From IMG/VR virus record IMGVR_UViG_3300042691_028918, positions 1,338 through 65,337 of that record: a stretch of DNA of 64,000 bases. One strand, 5' to 3'. Below the pieces are notes generated by a model, which did not search any database, had not been told where the DNA came from, and worked only from the letters and a program-made list of their open reading frames with translations. Each line of letters starts with the position of its first letter. Within the stretch, counting starts at the first letter, position 1. The translations under genes and the position numbers were made by a program. The stretch comes from a virus. Taxonomy: Duplodnaviria; Caudoviricetes. Shown in pieces: positions 49,204 to 58,200 of this stretch.

Positions 49204-49671
49204 ATGCCAAAGTTTATGCTAGATAGGGACTTGCAACTTTTTAGAAGTGTAGCAAGAGAGTTGGTAGATACGGTGATACAAAATACTTGCGTTTTATTTA
49301 AAATAAATTTAAATGAAACAAAAGTAAATATCTATGGTGAATCTGTAAATAAAACTTGGTATCCTGGAGTTGAGTTATATGTTTTAATTGATAAGGAGCC
49401 TGAAACTGCCGTATATGAGGGGTTTGGTTCTGACAACCAACAGAATATAACTTTTAAATTTGATAGATTATTATGTGAAGAACGAAATGTTTATCCTGAA
49501 ATAGGCGATGTTATTTATTTCGATAATTCTTATTATGAAATAGATAATACAAATGAGGTACAATTTATTGGTGGATTACCTGGAGAAAATAGTGATAGAA
49601 ATTGGAGTATTGTATGTTCTACTTTTATGGTAAACAAAGCAACATTAAATATAGAAGAAAGAATTAATTAA
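49204..49671 (+). CDS. Neck/head-closure protein (gp14-like)
   Basis: 'NIYGES' and 'PEIGDVIYF...YYEI'. Follows the gp13-like gene. Confidence 0.65.
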   Translation: MPKFMLDRDLQLFRSVARELVDTVIQNTCVLFKINLNETKVNIYGESVNKTWYPGVELYVLIDKEPETAVYEGFGSDNQQNITFKFDRLLCEERNVYPEIGDVIYFDNSYYEIDNTNEVQFIGGLPGENSDRNWSIVCSTFMVNKATLNIEERIN

Positions 49672-49676
49672 AAAAG

Positions 49677-50795
49677 ATGTCTACAAATCCATTAAGAAAT
49701 AATACAAGAATAAATCAAATCAAAGTAAATAAGCAAGATTTGAAACAAAGTGTAACTCTATTTGATATAGATTATGCAATGATGTCTTATTTGGAAGATA
49801 CAGTTTTACCTAATTTGGATGAAAACGGAACGGTTTTAAAAATACCTGTAATATATGGTAACTCGGAAAGATGGAATGGTGCAAGGAGACAGGGCGTATA
49901 TAGGGATGCAAAAGGAAAAATACAACTTCCTTTAATGATGATTAGGAGAACAAGTGTTGCTAAAAACGAAGCAATGTCTATGTTAAATAGGCATGTTTCA
50001 TATGCAACAATACGAAAATATTCACCTGAAAACAGATATGATAGATTTAGTTTATTAGGATCAAATACGAAACCGAAATACGAATTATATAACGTAACTA
50101 TGCCGGATTATGTAGAAATAAACTATGATTGCATGGTTTGGACAAACTTTACAGAACACTTAAATACGGTTATTGAGCAACTACAATTTGCAGGATCATA
50201 TTGGGGTGATAAAGATAAGTTCAAATTTAACACATCGGTTGGGGAATTCAATGTTGTTAATGAGGTTGGAGAAGGAACGGAGAGAATTAATAGAGTTGAG
50301 TTTTCATTAAATGTAAAGGCATATTTACTTCCTGAAACATTTGATGGAGAAGCAACTACTAAAAAATCAATATCAGTAAATAGATTTGTAGTATCAACGG
50401 AAACCGATATGACCGGAAATGGTAGACTTGAAGGATTACTCACAACACCTTCACCATACTATGATAACAAAGACCTTATAGATTTCTTATCATTGAATAA
50501 TAGTAGAGTTGAGACTCCCGTAGCAAATAATACAATAACATTTGCAGGCATCAAACCAATAAAGGCCCCACCACTATTATCATCGGTAATATCGGGTACA
50601 ATAACATTAAGTGGTGAACCGTATGATATTAAAGTTTATATAAATGGTGTTAGATACTATTATGGTACTCACTTTGGAGTATCCTATGCAACTGCGCCGG
50701 GAAACTTAACTATAACATTTTTACCATTGATTTTAGGATTCGATGTTGATACGGAAGATGAAATAACTATAACAGGTAAATTTATTGATATATAA
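49677..50795 (+). CDS. Tail terminator/sheath stabiliser-like protein (gp15-like) with C-terminal extension
   Basis: 'IPVIYGNSERW...LPLMMIRRT...PDYVEINY...HLNTVIEQ'. Position in the neck cluster. Confidence 0.6.
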   Translation: MSTNPLRNNTRINQIKVNKQDLKQSVTLFDIDYAMMSYLEDTVLPNLDENGTVLKIPVIYGNSERWNGARRQGVYRDAKGKIQLPLMMIRRTSVAKNEAMSMLNRHVSYATIRKYSPENRYDRFSLLGSNTKPKYELYNVTMPDYVEINYDCMVWTNFTEHLNTVIEQLQFAGSYWGDKDKFKFNTSVGEFNVVNEVGEGTERINRVEFSLNVKAYLLPETFDGEATTKKSISVNRFVVSTETDMTGNGRLEGLLTTPSPYYDNKDLIDFLSLNNSRVETPVANNTITFAGIKPIKAPPLLSSVISGTITLSGEPYDIKVYINGVRYYYGTHFGVSYATAPGNLTITFLPLILGFDVDTEDEITITGKFIDI

Positions 50796-51124
50796 TGAAA
50801 AGAACTTTACTTGATATAACTCAAAAAATATCTAGAAAAATAACGGGAGTATATTTAACACCCAAAAATTTAAATGATTCAAACTATTATATATTTGAAG
50901 CCAAAAATTATAGATTTGTAGAAATTTTAAGAGAAGTTGAATATAGAAAGGTGCAAGATAGAGTTACCATTCGTATAAATACACAAAATATTTCTAATAG
51001 AGATTTTTTGATAGAAGATGGTGTAGATGGGATTGTTGTGAAGTTTATAAAAAATAATTTCCAATATGAGTTGGATACAAATGATGAAATTTATTTAAAA
51101 GGAGATATAGAACAATATGCTTAA
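50795..51124 (+). CDS. Hypothetical virion protein
   Basis: 109 aa. C-terminal 'YELDTNDEIYLKG' resembles the end of the upstream ORF ('FDVDTEDEITITG'). Confidence 0.5.
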   Translation: MKRTLLDITQKISRKITGVYLTPKNLNDSNYYIFEAKNYRFVEILREVEYRKVQDRVTIRINTQNISNRDFLIEDGVDGIVVKFIKNNFQYELDTNDEIYLKGDIEQYA

Positions 51125-51605
51125 TAGATTTAATTCAAATGCCAGAAAACTCAATAGAGTTTTACCGAAAATAAATACAAATAATTTAAATGATGATTTG
51201 TATTTAACGGGTAGTTTATTGAATATAGATATACCATCCACACAATCATATCAATCAAACGTAAGAGTACAAACTACTACAACAAAAATAACAAATAATA
51301 AAAATACTATAAATGAATTTCATAATGAAATTTTACAATATAGTGGTAGGTTGATTAAAAAATCGGTTGATTCGTATAGTAATGATGGATTTGGAAAACT
51401 TATTTTAAATAATACTGTACTTGATTACGGCACAGAGGGTGCATCTCCTGATAATTTCGAAATAATAGTTGGCGGATTGCATATTCCTGGAAACTATACA
51501 ATTAAAGAAGTTGGAACAGATGTTGTTATAACATTGAACGATTCGTATATAGATTTTGATTCACAACACATAAATGATATTTATGTTATAGGTAAATTTA
51601 AATAA
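51117..51605 (+). CDS. Hypothetical virion protein
   Basis: 162 aa. C-terminal beta domain ending 'DIYVIGKF', similar to the two upstream ORFs. Confidence 0.5.
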   Translation: MLNRFNSNARKLNRVLPKINTNNLNDDLYLTGSLLNIDIPSTQSYQSNVRVQTTTTKITNNKNTINEFHNEILQYSGRLIKKSVDSYSNDGFGKLILNNTVLDYGTEGASPDNFEIIVGGLHIPGNYTIKEVGTDVVITLNDSYIDFDSQHINDIYVIGKFK

Positions 51606-52091
51606 ATGGCAACACTAATACAAATAAAACAAATAGAGAGTAGTTCGTTCTTAATACAGGCAGCAGTACTTGCACAAACATTTACCGAATCTGTAACGGC
51701 TGTAGTTGATTATATTGGAGTGGTATCCGCATCATCGCAATTGACCGGTGCATATGATTTAAGATATGCGCTTAGTGGAACAGTTGGAGGTGGGGCATCC
51801 GATTGGAATAATCTAACAGGAATACCACAAGGATTGATATCATCATCAGCTCAATTGGATGGAACAACTCTTAAAAATATCACAATATCTACTGCTGATG
51901 CTGATTCTTACTCATTAATAGTGAGTGGTGCTATGGGTGTCGTGGATGCAAATAACTTACCAGAAGGACCTAATGCGGATGATACAAATGTTCCTGCACA
52001 GATTTATTTAGCAGGAGGAACTGTTCTTCCGGCAGACCCATCGGCTAGTGGAAGTGCGGATGCAAATATTATAGATCAAGGAGAGTGGTAA
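51606..52091 (+). CDS. Small virion protein
   Basis: 'MATLIQIKQI', 'GVVSASSQ/GLISSSAQ' repeats and C-terminal 'IDQGEW'. Confidence 0.5.
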   Translation: MATLIQIKQIESSSFLIQAAVLAQTFTESVTAVVDYIGVVSASSQLTGAYDLRYALSGTVGGGASDWNNLTGIPQGLISSSAQLDGTTLKNITISTADADSYSLIVSGAMGVVDANNLPEGPNADDTNVPAQIYLAGGTVLPADPSASGSADANIIDQGEW

Positions 52092-52161
52092 TCAAAAAAA
52101 AAATGATATTTATATATTGAATAACCATAATTAATTAATTTTAACGGAGAATAACTAAAAT

Positions 52162-55113
52162 ATGGCACAAATAATTAAGCACAGGCGTGGTAGTTTAGAA
52201 GCACTATCAAACGTAACCGCATCACTATCAAAGGGTGAAATAGTAATAGCATCGGGTTCATCCAATATATCACCTACTAATGGATCATCCATTGTATTTG
52301 CAGCAGTTGAAAATGGACAAGTACAGGCTGTAAACAGAGTATTGCGTGGAACAACCGTACCCAATACATTTTCAAACGCAGCTTATAATGGATTAGTTAA
52401 TGGTGTTCCATATTATGTTAGTGCATCAAACGTTACACCAACTTTATATTTGTTGGGAACCGATGCAAATGAAGCCATAAATTTAATAGGTAACATACAA
52501 CCATTCTCCCAATCGGTTGATACAAGATTGGATGCATTGGAACAATCAATTGGAGCAGGCGATGTTGGAACAAGTATAAATTTCTTAAACGCATATACTG
52601 GATCTAATAATGCTAGACTTAATGCAATTGAAGTATCTACAGGATCTATAAACAATTTTACCGCATCGACTGCAGCAAGCTTAACTAACTTAAACGTATC
52701 ATCCGCATCACAGCAGACCAGTATTAACGCAATAAATGTTAGTACGGGTTCATTAAATACATTTACCGCATCCGCTGCAAGTAGATTAACTAATTTAGAA
52801 TTAGATTCGGCAAGTAACGATGCAAGTGTTGCAAGTTTAAATTCATACACTGCATCGGTGAGCGCCAGCTTGTGGAATTTGAATACATATACTAACTCCG
52901 TAAGTGCGAGTATATTGAATTTAAACATCAGTTCGGGTTCACAACAGGCATCTCTAAACGCATTGAGTGTAAGTACCGGATCGTTAAACACATATACGGC
53001 ATCCGCAACTAGCAGATTTAATAATTTAGAATTAACTTCAGCAAGCGTAAATGCAAGTGTTGCGGCATTAAATATCAGTACATCATCTTTGAATGGTTTT
53101 ACTGCATCAACTGCTGCAAGTTTGACTAACTTAAACGTATCATCCGCATCGCAGCAGGCTTCAATAAATGCGATAAATGTTAGTACAAGCTCATTAAATA
53201 CATTCACAGGATCTGCAGCAAATAGATTGAGCAGTTTGGAATCCAAAACTGGATCATACGCAACTACCGGATCAAATACATTTAACGGTACACAGGTCAT
53301 TAGTGGATCTGTATATATAACGCAAGATTTAATAGTAATAGGTTCATCATCTATTTCAAATATTAGTGCTAGTGTTCTTAACATTGGTGATAATCAAATA
53401 ACATTAAATACATTCACACCTGCAATTAGGTTTGGTGGTATAAGTGTTATTGATTCGGGATCAACGGGTGGAACGGGTTCATTGTGGTGGGATAGTGTGA
53501 ATAATCACTGGATATATGAACATCCAGCTGATTCGGAAGATCCTTATAATTCTGCAATGCTTATCTCCGGCCCTAAAAACACCGGAACATTAGGAAATGA
53601 AGTTGGATTGACAAGTGGTTCGTTCCCAATGGCAATTGGTGATGACCATATATCAAGTTCAATAATGTCACAGGCTACTGATAATACAAAAGTTATTATA
53701 GCAGGTGGTTTGGATGTTCTGGCTGAATTAAGTGCATCCACTATTACGGGTATTGGAAATGTTACATCATTCTCCCAATCAGTTGATAGTAGGTTGGATG
53801 CAGTTGAGGCATCAATTGGTGGTGGTTCTGTAACATCTGCAATCAATGCATTGAATGCAAGTACCGCATCATTAAATGCATCCAGCGCATCCCAACAGAC
53901 TAGCATAAACGCATTAAATGCAAGTTCCGCATCGCTCAATACATTTACAGCATCTGCAGCGAGTAGATTAAGTAATCTTGAAACAAAATCGGGAAGTGTA
54001 GATAGTAGTGTAAGTAATTTAAACTTATACACTGCATCTGTAAGTGCTAGTTTGTGGAATATTAATACCTACACAAATTCAGTTAGTGCAAGTGTATTAA
54101 ACCTCAACATCAGTTCTGGTTCACAACAAGCTTCAATTACTGCATTGAGTGTGAGTACGGGATCCATAAACACATTCACATCATCCACAACTAGTAGATT
54201 AAACAATTTAGAATCTACATCTGCAAGTTCAACTGCGGGATTAACGGCAATAAACGCATCGACAGCATCACTAAACTCATATACAGCATCTGTAAGTGCT
54301 AGTTTGTGGAATATAAACACTTATACCAACTCTGTAAGTGCAAGTGTATTAAACCTCAATATAAGTTCTGGTTCACAACAGGCAAGTATTAGTGCATTGA
54401 GTGTGAGTACAGGTTCTTTAAATACATTTAGTGCATCAACCGCTGCATCATTAACAAACTTAAACACATATACGGCGGCGGTAAGTGTAAGTGTATTGAA
54501 TTTAAATATCAGTTCGGGTTCGCAACAGACAAGCATTAATGCATTGAATGTCAGTACAGGATCTATTAATACATTTACTGCATCGGCATCTAGTAGATTA
54601 AATAATTTGGAATTAGATTCCGCAAGTGCAGATGCAAGTATCGCTGCTTTAAACGTATCTACGAGTTCAATAAACTCATATACATCATCATTAAAATCTG
54701 CAATATCTGTAAATGGAACCAACCTTACAGTTATAGGAGATTTGACTGTACAAGGTAGTACCGTAACATTAAATACAACCGAACTTGTTGTAGAAGATAA
54801 GTTAATAGTATTGGCATCGGGATCAACGACATCATTGCAATCCGATGGTGCAGGTATATACATATCTGGATCTGGAGCAACATTTACCTACGCAAATACA
54901 GGCGACGCGTGGACAGCAAATAGACCTTTTAGCGGTTCAGCATTTACCGGATCATTCAATTTACCAACGGGTGGTTCAAGTAAAAGAATTGTTTTTAGAG
55001 AAACAACGGGTAATTTGGATTTGGTCATTGCACCTACCGTTGATGGTGATTTCTTACAATGGAACGGAAGTGCATTTACAATGAGTAATGTTATAGATGG
55101 TGGTTCGTTTTAA
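52162..55113 (+). CDS. Long repetitive fibre protein (coiled-coil shaft)
   Basis: 'MAQIIKHRRG' N-terminus, heptad-based 'LNTFTAS/LNVSTGS' repeats and C-terminal 'IDGGSF'. Confidence 0.75.
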   Translation: MAQIIKHRRGSLEALSNVTASLSKGEIVIASGSSNISPTNGSSIVFAAVENGQVQAVNRVLRGTTVPNTFSNAAYNGLVNGVPYYVSASNVTPTLYLLGTDANEAINLIGNIQPFSQSVDTRLDALEQSIGAGDVGTSINFLNAYTGSNNARLNAIEVSTGSINNFTASTAASLTNLNVSSASQQTSINAINVSTGSLNTFTASAASRLTNLELDSASNDASVASLNSYTASVSASLWNLNTYTNSVSASILNLNISSGSQQASLNALSVSTGSLNTYTASATSRFNNLELTSASVNASVAALNISTSSLNGFTASTAASLTNLNVSSASQQASINAINVSTSSLNTFTGSAANRLSSLESKTGSYATTGSNTFNGTQVISGSVYITQDLIVIGSSSISNISASVLNIGDNQITLNTFTPAIRFGGISVIDSGSTGGTGSLWWDSVNNHWIYEHPADSEDPYNSAMLISGPKNTGTLGNEVGLTSGSFPMAIGDDHISSSIMSQATDNTKVIIAGGLDVLAELSASTITGIGNVTSFSQSVDSRLDAVEASIGGGSVTSAINALNASTASLNASSASQQTSINALNASSASLNTFTASAASRLSNLETKSGSVDSSVSNLNLYTASVSASLWNINTYTNSVSASVLNLNISSGSQQASITALSVSTGSINTFTSSTTSRLNNLESTSASSTAGLTAINASTASLNSYTASVSASLWNINTYTNSVSASVLNLNISSGSQQASISALSVSTGSLNTFSASTAASLTNLNTYTAAVSVSVLNLNISSGSQQTSINALNVSTGSINTFTASASSRLNNLELDSASADASIAALNVSTSSINSYTSSLKSAISVNGTNLTVIGDLTVQGSTVTLNTTELVVEDKLIVLASGSTTSLQSDGAGIYISGSGATFTYANTGDAWTANRPFSGSAFTGSFNLPTGGSSKRIVFRETTGNLDLVIAPTVDGDFLQWNGSAFTMSNVIDGGSF

Positions 55114-55133
55114 TCAATAAATAATATAAAAAT

Positions 55134-55161
55134 AAAAACCCTTCTTCGGATGGGTTTTTTT
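55134..55161 (+). terminator. Intrinsic terminator with C(UUCG)G tetraloop
   Basis: AAAAACCC-T-TC-TTCG-GA-T-GGGTTTTTT. Confidence 0.8.
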
Positions 55162-55236
55162 ATTTAAATAAATTATATTTATTCTGGTAGTATATACTAC
55201 TCTGTTGTTATATAACTTTTAAAGGATACCATAGAT

Positions 55237-58200
55237 ATGGCTCAAAGTATTATTCTGAAACGCTCGGCGTTGTCGGGCAAAGTTCCTACTACATCTTCTC
55301 TTGCTATTGGTGAAATTGCAATCAATACATTTGATGGTAGGGTATTTTTGCACGTCTCTTCATCAACAACGCAATCCATTCAACACATTGTAACAACAAA
55401 TAGTATAACAACGGGATCAATTACGTTGACAAGAACGGGATCCTTTGGAGAAATAGTAGTAACACAGGATGGTAATTTCCAACGAGATATTTTTGTAACA
55501 AGAGATATAGTTGGAAACGGTGATTTGGATATTGGTGGGTCAATAACGGCATCTTTACAAAATGGATATATTTGGGTAGGAAACGCATCGAATGTAACCA
55601 AATTATTAGCAACATCATCTCTTGTACCTGGAAACATATACATAACATCATCAGCAAATGCACCATCTACCACATATGATAATATGATATGGTATGATAG
55701 TGATACTGGAAAATCATATATAAGATATAATGATGGGATATCCACACAATGGATACTACAATCTGATCCAACGGTAAATACAGGCCCAACTCTATTATCA
55801 CTACAAGATGTAACGGATATTGGATATACAACCGATAATCCAATTATAATAACAAATACTACAAACGCAACCTCATCGGGTTCAGGTGCACTCATCATAA
55901 GTGGTGGTGCAGGATTTATGATGGATGTGTGGGCTAGAAAGTTCTATGGTGACGGTAGCGGACTTACGGGAGTAGTGGCAAGTTATACGGAAACTGATAC
56001 TTTAGATTCTGTATTGGGAAGAGGAAATTCATCTGCAAATTCGATAGTATTAACGGGTACTACAAACGCAACATCAAAAGCAACGGGAGTAATCAGAGTT
56101 GCGGGTGGTATTGGAGTACAAAAAGATATATGGGCAGAAAATTTAATATTAGTCGGTACTTTAACTGCATCCTTACAGAGTGGATATGCTTGGGTTGGTA
56201 ACTCCGTTGGTAGTGCTAGTGCGGTTGCAACATCAAGTTTCTCCACACTATTACCATCCGGAATACTATCTTCATCAAACGCAACATTTAGTAGTTATAC
56301 ATCATCAATAAACACATTTACAGCATCTACTACAAGTAGGCTTAATAATATAGAATTAGAAACTGCGAGTGCGGATGTGAGTATTTTTGCATTGAATGTT
56401 AGTACGGGATCGTTAAATACATTCACAGGATCAACAAATAATAGATTAAATAATATAGAACTTACATCCGCAAGTTTAAATGCAAGTAGGTTGGCTATAA
56501 ATGCAAGTACGGGTGCACTTAATACGTACACTGCATCTGTTAGTGCAAGTTTATGGAATTTGAACACTTACACTAATTCTGTAAGTGCTAGTATATTCAA
56601 TCACAATATAAGTTCTGGTTCACAACAGGCAGCAATTGCAGCATTAAGTGTAAGTACGGGATCAATAAACACATTTACAGCATCTACAAATAGTAGATTA
56701 AATAATTTAGAATTAACATCGGCAAGTACTAATGTTAGTTTGGTAGCACTAAATACTTCAAGTGGTTCATTAAATACGTATACTTCATCGGTTAGCGCTA
56801 GTTTATGGAACTTAAATACATACACAAATTCTGTTAGCGCTAGTATATTGAATCATAATATTAGCTCTGGTTCACAACAGGCAGCAATTGCGGCATTAAG
56901 TGTAAGTACGGGATCACTAAATACCTTCAGTGCATCAGCAACTAGCAGATTTAATAATTTAGAATTAACATCGGCAAGTACAAACGCAAGTTTGGCAGCA
57001 CTAAATGCAAGTACAGGGGCACTTAATACATATACTGCATCTACAAATAGTAGGTTAAATAATTTAGAATTAACTTCAGCAAGCGTAAATGCAAGTTTAA
57101 CAAACCACAATATATCATCAGCATCACAACAAGTCAGTATAACTGCTATTAATGTATCTACAAATTCATTAAATACTTTTACATCATCCGTAAATAACGC
57201 AGTAATATTTAATGGTTCTGATTTGATAGTTAAAGGTAATTTTTATGTTAGTGGATCAACTACATATATAAGTTCATCCGTTTTAAATATTGGTGATAAC
57301 ATAATTGAATTGAATTATGGTGGTACGCAGACAATTGCCGGTATATATGTTAAAGATGCAACGGTATCATCCTTAATTTCAGGATCACTTTTATGGGATG
57401 GAACAAACGATTATTGGATAGCTGGAAAATCCGGATCAGAAAGTAGGATATTATTAGCAAATTCTGATAATGTTTTATCAAGTTCAATAAGTTTCAACAC
57501 ATATACAGGATCAGTTGATTCTAGGCTAAATAATTTAGAACTAACATCTGCTAGTGTAAATGTTAGTAGATTGGCATTAAACGTTAGTACATCTTCTATA
57601 AATGTAAGTACATCATCGCTTAATACCTATACCGCATCGGCAACAAGTAGGTTTAATAATTTAGAATTAAATTCAGCTAGTGTAAATGTAAGCGTATCTG
57701 CATTGAATGTTAGTACAGGATCACTTAATATATTTACCGCATCAACAACGAGTAGATTAAATAATATAGAACTTACATCAGCAAGTACAAACGCAAGTTT
57801 ATCAACACTCAATGCAAGTACAGCATCACTAAATTCTAAAACGGGGTCATACGCAACAACGGGATCAAATACTTTTGTTGCAAATCAAATAGTATCAGGT
57901 AATTTGGATTTATCTGGATCATTTACTGCATCTCTACAAAAAGGATATGTGTGGGTAGGTGATGCAAATAATAGAACAATACTTACTGCAACATCATCTT
58001 TTGGTGGTGGAGGTGCAATTTCTTATGAAAATACATTTGATTTTAATTTAGATCCATCGGTTGGTGTAATTGGATATATAGAAAGCGCTAATTTACAAAA
58101 TAGAGTATACGCAAATAATACGAATATAGTATTCCAAAGTACTAATACAGATTTTGCAACATTTACAACACAATCATCATATATATCATCATCATTCACT

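Noticed and set aside
3162-50443. Short overlapping alternative-frame and antisense ORFs (60-180 aa) in the ORF track
   Set aside because: They are nested within well-supported genes, have no recognisable motifs, and are expected by chance.
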